The notes under the pieces are model-generated. The model was not told the origin of the DNA, searched no databases, and worked only from the letters and a program-made list of their open reading frames with translations. A DNA stretch of 64,000 bases from Octopus vulgaris (lineage: Eukaryota). Location of the stretch: assembly GCA_951406725.2 (NCBI GenBank), contig OX597816.1, positions 12,896,001 to 12,960,000 of the forward strand. Direction: 5' to 3'. Of the stretch, positions 28,300 through 41,764 are shown in pieces; the first letter of the stretch is position 1; every line of letters begins with the position of its first letter. A program made the position numbers and the translations under genes.

Positions 28300-28690
28300 C
28301 AAATACAATCATTCATCAACAGATGCTTGCGTAGTATACTTAAAATTAGATGGCCCGAACACATAAGCAACAGGGAGTTATGGCAAAGAAGAAATCAAGT
28401 TTCGATTAGGGAGCAATTATATAAGAAAAAGTGGAAGTGGATTGGTAGCACAATTAGAAAAGACACACCAAATGTCGCGAAAAGGGATTTACAGGGGAAT
28501 CCGGATAGATATAGAAAAAAAGGTAGGCCTAAGAACTCGTGCCGTAGATCAACACAAAAGGAACTAGAGAAAGGGGGACATTCATGGCAGAGTATAAGTA
28601 CAGAAGCGAAAGATTATGCGACATGGAATTCAATTATAAATGGCGAATGAGGTGTCACATAGGAGAGCTAGGAAGAAGGGGAGATAATAA
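28300..28690 (+). pseudogene. RTE-clade LINE 3' end
   Basis: RCLRSILKIRWPEHISNRELW..KWKWIG..GRPKNS is typical of the RTE ORF C-terminus. Confidence 0.85.
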
Positions 28691-29406
28691 AGTAGCGCAT
28701 CCAATAAATATCACAAATTCACAATGTTTCAATCATACAAATTCAAAGACAGTGGAGGGTTAAAGGCAGAAAAAAAATTGGCGATTTTGAGTTGTATGTC
28801 CCCGGGTCCAAATTAATTTATTATTTCGAGTGGTATATGTTTGGTGAAAGTGATATTTTACGTACAAGAAATTAAATGCAACGAGGAAATTGATAATAAA
28901 ATATTATTTTAAAAGTTTTCTTTCAAGTGTTTTAACCTATCGCTTAATCAATAACAAATATTTTGTTCAACAATAAATACAGAAGACTTACAATAATATA
29001 AATTGTATGAACGCTTTTATACGTTTCAAGCAACGAATAAACACGAAAATACTTCTTCACAAAAAATAATGTTTTTCTAGAATCTACGATGATTATTTAT
29101 TTAGTCAGTTACCATGTTGCGTGGGACAAATCTGTTTACTTTGTCTCATGACTATTTACTCCGAGGAGGAGTATCTAAATAACTTTAGTATTGTTATCTT
29201 GCGTGACATAAACACGTGCTACTATGTGGTCACGAGGAAATAGTGTGCAAGGCGAAAATTACTGTCAACAGAACGAGCGAAAAAGCCAGCTGTTTTCACG
29301 TTCATGAAAGTAAAGTGTGGAGAAGAATGAAGCAAAGTAGAATTAATAAATCGGTTGAGAAAGCATGTTAAAATCTCCGGGCAGTCAGTAGATTTGTATG
29401 TAGATA

Positions 29407-29636
29407 TATTTATTTATTGCCCTCAAGGGGCTAAACATAGGGGGGACAAACAAGGACAGACAAAGGGATTAAATCGATTATATCGACCCCAGTGTGTAAC
29501 TAGTACTTAATTTATCGACCCCGAAAGGATGAAAAGCAAAGTCAACCTCGGCGGAAATTGAACTCAAACGTAGCGGCAGACAAAATACGGCTACGCAGTT
29601 CGCCCGGCGTGCTAACGTTTCTGCCAGCTCGCCGCC
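29407..29636 (-). mobile_element. SINE family B monomer
   Basis: Reverse complement of head, body and tail i. Confidence 0.9.
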
Positions 29637-30482
29637 TTATTTACATGTAGATATGTGTGCAACCAGCAATAAATGAAAATGCTAAGCGTCCGCCCACCCA
29701 CCAAAAGAGCATGAAATGTAAATAATATATTAAAAATTAATACTAAGAGAGATATGCTAACTACATGTATATGATTCGTTGCTGGGAACTTGTTGCTGAT
29801 AAAGTGGAAATTTTAAGGATATGTGAAGTGTTTATTGAAAAAAGCTCACAAGTGTGGAGGTGCAATCGGTGCAAAAGGATCGGTTATACATCTTCGAATA
29901 CAAGGCACTGGTCTGGTCGTGTGAGATTTTTACCAGGGGCTTCTGCCTTTGTTGCTTTTGCATGCTGGAATCCTACAAAATATATCTTCTCACTGTGAAG
30001 GCAACTGGTATTTTCATGTCGTTTGCATGTTGAGATTACTAAGTCGCCAGTACAAATGCATTTCAAATGTAGGCTTTTGAGCGTTCAGCATTGATCGTCA
30101 ACGATGTTTATGCTGTGTTTCCTATTTTTGCCAACACCGATTTTGTTTCAAGCCTAGGCTCTTGGACAGAAAGGAACACAGAAATAAACAGGGAAAGATA
30201 ATTAAAAATGGCTTAGTGGCTAGTGATCTATCATGGCGAATGAGGTGTCACACAGGAGAGCTAGGACGAAGGGGAGATAATAAAGTAGCGCATCCAATAA
30301 ATATCACAAATTCACAATGTTTCAATTATACAAATTCTAAGACAGTGCTAGCCAAAATGAACGCATTAGCAAGGAAATGCATTTCATAAGAAAGTATCAA
30401 CCGAGTCTAAATTCTTTAAACTCGAAGCACTGAAATTATATGTATATTATTCATAAGAAATAAAGATAAGAGGTTAAATAAA

Positions 30483-30970
30483 TCCACTTCGGTGATTACC
30501 CTAAGGGAGATAACTTTACGACAACTATTATTGCTACTACTGCTTATTTGACTACCATGGCCACTCCTTTCGAAAACAATTTTGACCACAGTACTTAATT
30601 TACCATCACAGACAACAGCTGAAATTACAACTAGCAATGCCACGTAAACTAATGGAAATTACCACGTGCTCTTACAGGAAAAAAAAAGTACACTATGAAC
30701 GTTTATGTTATTAATAATCTTTTTTACCACTTCCACTTCGGTGATGACCCTAAGGGAAATAACTTTACGACAACTATTATTGCTACTACTGCTTGTTTGA
30801 CTACCATGGCCACTCCTTTCGAAAACAATTTTGACCACAGTACTTAATTTACCATCACAGACAACAGCTGAAATTACAACTGGCAATGCCACGTAAACTA
30901 ATGGAAATTACCACGTGTTCTTATAGGAAAAGGAAAAGTACACTATGGACGTTTATGTTATTACTAATGT
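30483..30970. repeat. Tandem duplication, 249-bp period
   Basis: Near-identical units starting tccacttcggtgat at ~30483 and ~30732; twin ORFs in the track are offset by 249. Confidence 0.95.
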
Positions 30971-31189
30971 TTTTCTCTACATATTCCATTTAAGTACATA
31001 TTTTTGATAAGGTTTATAAACAACAAAAACATGTAAAACAAAAACATTTTTAATGTATTTATATAAAGAAATTTAAATGTACCTAATTTTAAATAAGTAG
31101 CATTTTCGTTCTTCTTTGTCATATATATATATATATATGTATGTATGTATAAATAAGTATATATATATATATATGTATGTATAAATAGG

Positions 31190-31224
<35 letters not shown>

Positions 31225-31225
<1 letters not shown>

Positions 31226-31345
31226 ACCTCGTCTGTATCACTAGCGATTTTCCCCCTGTCTTCCCTTCTCGGGATCTTTCCTTCTCCTATGTTTCCTGAG
31301 CGTCCAATAATACTTTATTTGTTCCACGTCCTTGCGTTGTTGTTT
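31225..31345 (+). mobile_element. Penelope-related short element, family P1, with the ribozyme segment deleted
   Basis: Matches 54110-54318 but jumps from cctatgtttc directly to ctgagcgtccaataatac. Confidence 0.75.
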
Positions 31346-32309
31346 TCTTGTTTGGATTAACTTTATATATATATATATGTATGTATGTATGTATAACGAC
31401 TCCATTCACAAGGCGTTGATCGTCCCGTGGCTTGAGTAGAAGGCACTTGCGTTAAGTGGGACTGATCCACTAACTATGTGGTTGGGAAGCAAGATTCTTA
31501 CCACACAGCCACGCCTGCAGTGGTGTAGAGGTGAACTGGTTTAGTAATAATGTGAAGATGAAGGGTAGAGACAGAGAGAGATAGAAATAGAGGGAGAGAG
31601 AGAGAGAAAGATAAGCAAAGAGGGAGCGTAAGAAGAATGCGAGTGTCATCTGCCTTAGTGTAGCTTTAAATTTAGTTCCAGTTCAGATCGTTCATGTTGG
31701 AGTCCTTCATTTATGACAAATCGTGTTCTCGTAACAAACAGCGGATGCAGACTAGCGATTTTTGTAAACGGTTAATTGCGTTCGTCACATTTGCTCTCTC
31801 GTTTCTCCCTCCGTTGAAGGCCTTGACAGATAGCCATCAACAATCCTAACTTCCTACTGTCGTTAAGTCATTTTGTTTTTTTTTTGCTAGCAATCAGTCA
31901 GTTTAATGTCTATTCAAAGAAAATTATTGAGCAGAATCAATCAAATCCAAGTGTCCAGTTGTTTATAAAAAAAGGTTTCCTAATTGGAAATAATGATTCC
32001 CACTTCAACTCTTTTGCAGAAGCCTGCTTTTAAGAGTTAACGTTAATTTTTTAAGTTTTACGTTACCTGCAATTAAGGAACATGAAATCTTGCAGGTTCG
32101 GATGTCTGTTACAGTATTAATAAAAATTAAAAGGCACACCAAAGTGGAGCTCAATCATAATGTTACAGGATGAAATATGACATTGCGTGTAGGGTCCATG
32201 TCACAAATTCAGACATACATATACATACATATATACCGGCATACATATACACACACACACTCATACATACCTTCATATATACATACATCGTATGCCTTTA
32301 TGCAATACC

Positions 32310-32892
32310 AGTCAGTGGTTCAAGTGGCTTCTGATCTTAACTGATTGGACGTGTTATCATGTACGTTGTTTTGTCTTGGTGTTAAAGATGGGCTACAGCA
32401 AATATTCTGATCAATACCAAAGATCTGCTTGTCAGTTACTTTCATATATTGAAAGGAATTCTTTGGGATTTGAATAATTCACCTATTGAAACATTGATGT
32501 TTCGTTCATCATTCTTAAATAACCCTTATTCAGGGACCTTTTGAGCAGATGGGTTATTTGACCTGAAGAAAATTGTAACTAGGCCCCATCTGTAGGGTCA
32601 TGCGCTGTTTATTTTGATATGCGGTCACCTCGCTGCGTTATGTACCCTTTCTACTGGAAGCACAAGTCCTCAAATTTGGGGGAAGGGATTGAGTCGATTA
32701 CATCGACCCTATCGCGTAACTGGTACTTATTTAATCGATTCCGAGAGGATGAAAGCAAAGTCGACCTTGGCGGATTTTGAAGACTGATATACCCTTAACA
32801 GACGGATAGTTAAGGTGGCTGGTTATATTAGATTTCGTATATTTGTACCCTTGCGTCATTTTGACGGCGTGTGCTGCTCTCTCACTCAATAA
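32310..32892 (+). mobile_element. Retroelement 3'-UTR-like interspersed repeat with a nested SINE B fragment (~32645-32785)
   Basis: Ends ctctctcactcaataat, similar to 17431-17570. The SINE B piece is on the minus strand. Confidence 0.5.
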
Positions 32893-33550
32893 TACATACA
32901 TACATGCATACATACACACATACACACATACATACATACATACATACATACATACATACATACATACATACATGCATACATACATACATACATACATACA
33001 TACATGCATGCATACATACATACATGCATGCATGCATGCATACATACATACATACATACATACATACATGCATACATGCATGCATGGATTCATACATACA
33101 TACATACATACATACATACATACATACATACATGCATGCATGCATGCATACATACATACGTACGTACATACATACATACATACATACATACATACATACA
33201 TACATACATACATACATACATACATACATACATACATACATACATGCATACATACATACATACATACATACATACATGCATACATGCATGCATGCATTCA
33301 TACATACATACATACATACATACATACATGCATACATACATACATACATATATACATACATACATACATACATACATACGTACATACATACATACACACA
33401 TACATACATACATACATACATGCATACATACATACATACATACATGCATACATACATGCATACATGCATACATACATACATACATACATACATACATACA
33501 TACGTACATACATACATACATACATACATACATACGTACATACATACATT
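32893..33550. repeat. (ATAC)n/(ATGC)n microsatellite, ~650 bp
   Basis: Direct reading. Confidence 0.97.
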
Positions 33551-33924
33551 CGCATAACACTAGCTCTTCACCCCAACCGTAGGAAACACCTCTGACGTAA
33601 TAAAATTAACTATCAGACACGAATATTATAGATAAATTATTGAAATTTCTCATAAGTTGGAAGAACTTGTCTATCAATTCATTCCAGCCATTTACAATAG
33701 AATTACAGAAATAACAAATATACTCACGTATGCACAAACATTAGTTTATGCTAAGACATACATCCACGGTCAGACTTAGAGAAACAGAGGTATGTAGACT
33801 CATAAACAATCAGTAATATACACACGGCTTCATTGGGGACGCTAATCCCCAACAGCGTATACCCGCACGCACGCAAATGGTGACATAGACAGACACGTAG
33901 ATATGCACACACACACACGCACGC

Positions 33925-33978
<54 letters not shown>

Positions 33979-34391
33979 AAGCAGAAACTGGTCGAGTGGT
34001 ACTAATACAAAGCACATATCAATCATAACCCTAACAGACAGGTTGAGTAAAAACTGACAGTCCATGTAAATTGATTGTTGCCGTCCCTGTAGAGTAAACA
34101 CATTGATTTTAGTTTCACAATGGAATGGGGCACGAGATATAAATATAGGCGGATATAAACAAATTCTAATGCCTTTACGATATATGTGTGTGTATGCGCT
34201 TGTATGTATGCGGGCGAGCACATGTCTGTGTAAGCGTGTGTGTGTGTGTGTGTCTGTGTGTTACTGGTATTCTTAGTTTAAAAAAAAAGACACAAAGATG
34301 GCTGCTAATTACGTACTATATGCATCGTAAGATACGACGCTGCATAATTTATTCGTAAGGTTATGAGGGAGTTATAATGCATTTCGTGCGT

Positions 34392-34662
34392 GTGTGGGCG
34401 TGGGGTGTGTGGAGTAATTGGGGGTTGCTTCCACGATCACTTCATCGAGCGTTCGATTCCCGGACGGAATGGCAGGTTGATTTCGTGAGCGAGACTCTTC
34501 TTTTCCTGTTGCTCCAGTCCACCCAGCCCTTAATTGCTAACCGTGCAACGGAGTGGCCTTGAAACCAAGGGAAACGTTGGCCAGCTCGCCGAGCCAGTGG
34601 CATGGCAACGTTTGAAAGCGAAAGGAATATGAAGTGCATTGTGACAAGTAATGTATAACATC
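34392..34662 (+). mobile_element. Old tRNA-derived SINE with a family-C-like tail
   Basis: B box gttcgattccc. Tail ggccagctcgc..agccagtgg..gcattgtgac..caacatc resembles the family C tail. Confidence 0.55.
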
Positions 34663-34667
34663 ATTCG

Positions 34668-34737
<70 letters not shown>

Positions 34738-34744
34738 ATATTTA

Positions 34745-34971
34745 CAGCAATCCCTCAGCATATCGCGGTTCACCTATCGCGATTCACCTATCGCGGTTTA
34801 TTAATTAAGTTTATGTCGATTCTTGCGTGGTGTTGTTTTGCACTTTGGAATAAAATAAAGATATACAAATTATAAAAATAAAATAAAATAATATACATAG
34901 TACAGTACTGTTTATACTTCGCAGATTTTCACCTATCGCGGTGGGTTTGGAACATAACACCCGCGATAGTC
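34745..34971. mobile_element. Tigger/pogo-like MITE, truncated, inverted relative to 2916-3394
   Basis: TA|CAGCAATCCCTC start and cgcagattttcacctatcgcgg, the reverse complement of ~2958-2980. Confidence 0.75.
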
Positions 34972-34974
34972 ACT

Positions 34975-35370
34975 GCTTGACAACTGATGCTGGTGTGTCT
35001 ACGTCCCCGAAATTTAGCGGTTCACAAAAGCAACCGATAGAATGAGTACTTCTTTCAGTTTCCGTCTACCAACTCCACTCACAATGCTTTGGTCAGTCCG
35101 AGGCCATAGTAGAAGACCCTTGCCCAAGGTCCCACGCAGTGGGACTGAACCAGGATCCATGTCTTCTACTATAGTCTTCTACTATAGCCTCGGACCGACC
35201 AAAGCATTGTGAGTGGAGTTGGTAGACGGAAACTGAAAGAAGTACTCATTCTATCGGTTGCTTTTGTGAACCGCTAAATTTCGGGGACGTAGACACACCA
35301 GCATCAGTTGTCAAGCGATCGATGTTGGAGGGACAAACACAGACACACAAACGTATAAAAACACATGCAT

Positions 35371-35425
<55 letters not shown>

Positions 35426-35585
35426 CATAAATACGACGGGCTTCATTCAGTTTCTGTCAACCAAATCCACTCACAAGTCTTTGGTCGGCCCGATGCTATA
35501 GTAGAAGACACTTGCCTAAGGTGCCACGCAGTGGGACTGAACCCGGAATCATGTGGTTGTTAAGCAAGCTACTTACCACACAGCT
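34975..35585. mobile_element. Rearranged SINE A locus containing a 143-bp-arm inverted repeat
   Basis: Arms 34975-35117 and 35174-35316, followed by the remainder of a minus-strand SINE A. Confidence 0.9.
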
Positions 35586-35996
35586 GTTAAAATTGTCCCG
35601 TGTCTTCCGAAAATAGAGAAATCACAGTAATACTGATTTTTAACAGACACAAAAACCACACATTTTGTGACAACGGTGTAGTTTGTTATATCGATCTCAA
35701 TTCATGACTGCGAACTACATATTTTATCGACCTCATAAGGAGGAAAGTCAATGTTAATCGCAGCAGCTTGACTCGATGCAGAATATAAATTTCCTTGCGA
35801 TATAAATACGAAATAGTTTGTTAGATGCTCTCAGCTTTACTCTATTTTTAATTTGTGTTTTGACATGTTATTATGATGAAATAAAAACACATTGTAGACA
35901 TAGGTTGAAGACGGAGAAGCATAAAAGGAAAAGAAATGTTAGAGAGAATGGTGGCAGAATCTATTCCTTGTTGAGTTAATGTTTCCAGTGATGTAA

Positions 35997-37368
35997 GGCA
36001 GCGAGCTGGCAGAATCGTTAGCACACCGGGTGAAATGCTTTGCGGTATTTCGTCTGCCGTTACATTCTGAGTTCAAATTCCGCCGAGGTCGACTTTGCCT
36101 CTCATCCTTTCGGGGTCGATTAAATAAGTACGAGTTACGCGCTGGGGTCGATATAATCGATTTAATCCGTCTGTCTGTCCTTGTTTGTCCCCTCTTTGTT
36201 TAGCCCCTTGTGGGTAGTAAAGAAATAGGTATTTCGTCTGCCGCTACGTTCTGAGTTCAAATTCCGCCGAGGTCGACTTTGCCTCTCATCCTTTCGGGGT
36301 CGATTAAATAAGTACCAGTTACGCGCTGGGGTCGATATAATCGATTTACTCCGTCTGTCTGTCCTTGTTTGTCCCCTATTTGTTTAGCCCCTTGTGGGTA
36401 GTAAAGAAATAGGTATTTCGTCTGCCGCTACGTTCTGAGTTCAAATTCTGTCGAGGTCAACTTTGCCTTTCATCCTTTCGGGGTCGATTAATTAAGTACG
36501 AGTTACGCACTGGGGTCGATGTAATCGACTTAATCCCTTTCTCTGTCCTTGTCCTTGTTTGTCCCCTGTGTGTGTAGCCCCTTGTGGGTAGTAAAGAAAT
36601 TGGTATTTCGTCTGTCTTTATGTTCTAAGTTCAAATTCCGCCGAGGTCGACTTTTCCTTTCATCCTTTCGGGGTCGATAATTAAGTAACAGTTCCATACT
36701 GGGGTCGAGCTTATCGACTGGCCCCCCTCCCCCCAAACTTCGGGCCTTGTGCTTAGAATAGAAAACAATATTTCTAGGGTAGTACAGCGGCGAGCTGGCA
36801 GAAAAGTTGGCACACCGGGCGAAATGTGTAACCTTATTTCGCCTGCCGCTACGTTCTGATTTCAAGTTCCGCCGAGGTCGACTTTGCTTTTCATTCTGTC
36901 GGGGTCGATTAAATAAGTACTAGTTACGCACTGGGGTCGATATAATCGACTTAATCCGTTTGTCTGTCCTTGTTTGTCCTCTCTGTATTTAGCCCCTTGT
37001 GGATACTAAAGAAATAGGTATTTCGTCTGTCTTTATGTTCTAAGTTCAAATTCCGCTGAGGTCGACTTTGCCTTTCATCCTTTCGGGTCGGTAAATTAAG
37101 TACCAGTTGCGTACTGGGGTCGATATAATCGACTGGCCCCCTCTCCCAAAATTTCGGGCCTCGTGCCTAGAGTAGAAAAGAATATTTCTAGTGAAGTAAG
37201 GCGGTGAGCTTGCAGAAACGTTAGCATGCTGGGCAAAATGCTTAGCGGTATTTCGTCTGTCTTTACGTTCTAAGTTCAAATTCCGCCGAAGTCTACTTTG
37301 CCTTTCATCCTTTTGGGGTCGATAGATGAAGTACCAGTTTCGCACTGGTGTCGATATAATCGACTGGC
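35997..37368 (+). mobile_element. Tandem array of SINE family B (three heads, seven bodies)
   Basis: Heads at 35997, ~36787 and ~37200. Bodies repeat every ~185 bp with tail i or tail ii. Confidence 0.92.
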
Positions 37369-37371
37369 TCC

Positions 37372-38314
37372 TGTGGTAACGGTCTGGTGGACTGCAATTG
37401 GTATTATCCATTACAGCTTTCTGAAATCCAGTCAGAGCATTACAGCAGAGGTTCACAGCAATCAATTCGCTGAAATGTATGCTCACCTGCACAAAAAATG
37501 AGACCTGCATGGGTGAATCGGTGTAGCCCAATTCTGCTCCACGATAATGCAAAGCCACATGTTGCAAGAATGAAGCTGAGATACGAGACTTTACCAAATT
37601 CTCTATATTCTCCTGTTCTTTCACCCACTGACTACAATTCTTTTAAGCGTTTAAACAGGTTTTTAAGTGATAAAACCTTCAGGCCCAAACTAGAGGTGGA
37701 ATCAGCTTTCAAAAAATTTCTTAGTATTAAAGTCAATAAGTTTTTATCAACGAGGCATAAATAATCTCGTTGATCGATGTTAGAGATACAGAGATGTTCA
37801 CGGCTCATACTTTGACTAATGAAGACATGTCTGTTACTCTTTTACTCTTTTACTTCTTTCAGTCATTTTGATAGCGGTCATGCTGGAGCACCGCCTTTAG
37901 TCGAGCAAATCGACCCCAGGACTTATTCTTTGTAAGCCTAGTACTTGTTCTATCGGTCTCTTTTGCCGAACCGCTAAGTCACGGGGACGTAAACACACCA
38001 ACATCGGTTGTCAAGCGATGTTGGAGTGGGGGAAACACAGCCACACAAACATATACACACACATATATATATATATACATATATACGACGAGCTTCTTTC
38101 AGTTTCCGTCTACCAAATGCACTCACAAGGCTTTGGTCGGCTCGAGGCTATAATAGAAGACACTTGTCCAAAGTGCCACGCAGTGGGACTGAACCCAGAA
38201 CCCTGTGATTGGTTAGCAAGCTACATACCACACAGCCACTCCTACGCCTATTGTTGATTTTTCCAGAATAAAATTATGTTTCTGAAATCGACTATTATTT
38301 TCAGAACAACGTAA
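37372..38314 (+). pseudogene. Mariner transposase C-terminal remnant and 3' TIR, split by a SINE A
   Basis: VTVWW..GIIHYSFL, LLHDNAKPHVA, YSPVLSPTDY, ..GSYFD*. TIR-like end tattattttcagaacaacgtaa|TA. Confidence 0.88.
37835..38248 (-). mobile_element. SINE family A, full length
   Basis: Reverse complement of the full element. Confidence 0.92.
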
Positions 38315-38946
38315 TACATTTACTATGATCGAAAGATGATAGGTGATTTGGTTGGTTCAAATTTTAAGTTTAGTCAATCGTTAATTTTATTACTATAAAA
38401 ATTTCCCCATAACAAGAAGCCTTACAAAAGAAGAAAAGAAACACTGGATGAAGAACATAGCATGTATATCTATTGGTCATCTGTTAATGATACGAAATGC
38501 GTGAGGGTTTTGAAAATGATTTATCTCGTACGTCTTAAGACACGGAATCCTCTTAGAATAAGCCTAAGAAAGACATCATTATTTCGCGTCTTTCTTTGTT
38601 CTGTGTTCTTTTAAGCAGCCATAATCCCGTTTTGTTGTTACAACATAGAAATCATATTAGCAGGATTTCTTATTTGCAGTCTGCAATGGCATTAGTTGAC
38701 GTAGGAGGCACACAGGAAAAGAGACAAGGAAAGATAATTTCAAATTTGCGCGTCTACGTTCAACTGCTTGCTTGAATAACACTGAAGAGAAAGAGATTTT
38801 GCTTAGGATAATGAAAACTGTGTTAGACTAGCTATAATGAAGTGATTCAAAGAATATGAGGCAGATACTTATAAAAGAAGCGCCAAAATATATAATTTTA
38901 CCACCATATTTATTTATATATATATATATGTGGGGGGGGGGTGTAA

Positions 38947-39324
38947 GCGTAGGAGTGGCTATGTGTTAAGTACCTTGCTTACCAACCACATGGTTCCGGG
39001 TTCGGTCCTACTGCGTGGCACCTTGGGCTAGACCGACCAAAGCCTTGTGAGTGGATTTGGCAGACGGAAACTGAAAGAAGCCCGTCGTATATATGAATAT
39101 ATATAGCTATGTGAGTGCATGTGTCTGTGTTTGTACCCACCAATATCGCTTGGCAACCGATGCTGATGTGTTTACGTCCCTGTAACTTAGCGGTTCGGTA
39201 AAACAGACCGATAGAATAAGTGCTAGGCTTGCAAAAATAGATCCTGGGGTCGATTTGTTCGACTAAAGGCGGTGCTGCAGCACAGCCGCAGTCAAATGAC
39301 TGAAACAAGTAAAAGAATAAGAGA
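38947..39324 (+). mobile_element. SINE family A
   Basis: Head through tail with a small internal deletion, followed by (GATA)n. Confidence 0.9.
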
Positions 39325-39326
39325 AT

Positions 39327-39389
<63 letters not shown>

Positions 39390-40400
39390 CAAACAAGCGT
39401 TGTGACTTGGTCTATGAACAAACCAAAGCTACAATCCCTGTTTTTCGTTTAGAAGGTTATGGTTCGTTCCAAGGCACTCACCACAGAAAATGTTGAAATA
39501 TTTATGGACATTCCTTAAATCTTCCGAGTTGTTTAAACTAAAGTAGAACAATAAAAACAAACTTACCATCAGATGGGTTGGTAGATCGAGAAAGAGAGAG
39601 AAAGAGAGAGAGAGAGGGGGGGTGAGAGAGAGATGATTTAATGGAAATAATGGTCGATAACTGACTAGATTTTCTAAAGAGTGAGGTATTTGTAGATAAA
39701 TATAAAATGTGATTATTTTTTTTTTCTAATCTCAAGTTAGATGACATACGAGAAGTTCTAAATTTGTTGTCATCTCTGTAATAGCTAGCATTTCATTTCT
39801 CCACTCCTCTCAAGGTAAAGATGTTTATATTTTGACAACAAATGTTCCAGGGAATCACTAAGATGACATTACAGAAGATTTTCACGAAAAATATCGTTCA
39901 CTGTAAGCAAACAGCTATTTCTGGATATTTCTATATCAAAAAAAAAAAAAAAAAAGAAAAATTTAACTTTAGCAATAAATTGAGTAATTTCAGTATTATC
40001 ACACACACACAGAAAAAATAAATAAATATATACTACTTATATCTATTTTCCCTTCTCTGTCTAACTTTTCTCTCTTTCTTTCTCCACACACATACATGGG
40101 TACAAATATATCTATATACACAGATAACACAATCTTATGAACTCATATATATACATACATACGTAATACATACATACATACATACATACATACATACATA
40201 CATACATACATACATACATACATACATACATGTATACATTTTAATGTTTTTATTTCCAGTCGAGTAATAATAAAATAAAATTTTACATTAAACTGAAGGA
40301 TCACTCGAAATATTTTTTGTGGAGAACATATTTATCTATACTTCGAAGTTTAAACCAACAAGGACTCGTATTATTGTGTGTATATATATATCTACACACA

Positions 40401-40472
<72 letters not shown>

Positions 40473-41141
40473 ATCAAAATATGCAGCAAGTATATCCGAG
40501 ATAATGTGGTACGATAGTTTCCTGCTACTTCATTTTATTAAACACTGTAAGTATTACATCAGTTTTAAAATGTCGAGCAATCTTCGGCCACTTATAGAAA
40601 TTTTCCCATCAAACGGACGATGCACATTCTTATCTCTATTTCGTTTGCCAACATTATAAAGAATGTAGATATACAGACAGAGAGGTTGATTTCATTCTTA
40701 AGAACATGATAGTATTAAATTTACTATCTGACTGTAGATTTTTTCCCTTTATTATTTAGATCTGTCAGTGGGGAGGGGGATTTTATTTTTGGTTGGATGG
40801 AGACAAAGGATTTTTCTATTTACAGATATAAGAAGGGGTGGAACAAATGCCAAAACCCTAAACTTTTTCCTATTCTGAGGAACCCAGCCCAGATACATTT
40901 GAATGCACTATAGCAAAAAGCTAGTATGTTGAAGTTAGAGGGTAGGGAAAGATAGACTACTAGTGCTCTAGAGGTTTTAATGTCTACTACCAACTTGACA
41001 TCCAGATTCTATATTAAGAAATTAAGTAAATATTCCTTCGACTATTTTCTAAATGGTTTCAATAAACATTAGTATCTTATAGGAATAAAATATCTAGAAA
41101 TCATTTCATATTTATATAAATATATATATATATATATATAT

Positions 41142-41584
41142 CCATTTCCATTAATATATAATCATAATTAGCTAGTAAGTGATGAGTTGAATTAAAAGAA
41201 AATGTTTGACATAATATTTACTAACCGTAGAAAAAAACATTATTAATTTAGTACATAAATTAGGAGTCAATAAGATATATTAAAAAAGTAAATGAAGGGA
41301 AGTAATCAAGATGAACCAAGTAATTTCCCTAGATATATAGAATTATTTGCGATTATTTCATATTTATACACCCCATTTCCATTAATATAGAATCATAATT
41401 AGCTAGTAAAAGGTGATTTGTTTTATTAATGACTCGAATTAAAGAATGTTAGACATAATATTTACTAACCGTGGAGAAAAAAATTTATCAATTAAGTAAA
41501 TATATCAGGAGTCAATAATATATATTAAAAATTGAAGGGAGGTAATTCAAGATGAACCTGGTAATCTCCCTAGATATATAGAAT
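41142..41584. repeat. Diverged tandem duplication (~231-bp period) downstream of the Penelope ORF end
   Basis: ccatttccattaatata..aatcataattagctagtaa..ccctagatatatagaatt occurs twice. Confidence 0.85.
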
Positions 41585-41764
41585 TTTTTCTTTCCAATAT
41601 AGGAGAGTATCAAAAGAAATTCTCATTTCATATATTCAGATTTATATATATAATGAAATTTTTAAGTAATCTATGAAGGTTGAATAAAAGCTAGTATGGT
41701 ATATTAATTTTTATTTGGTTATAGAATATTAGGACTTGAAAATTTAGGAATGGTCAGAATGTTA

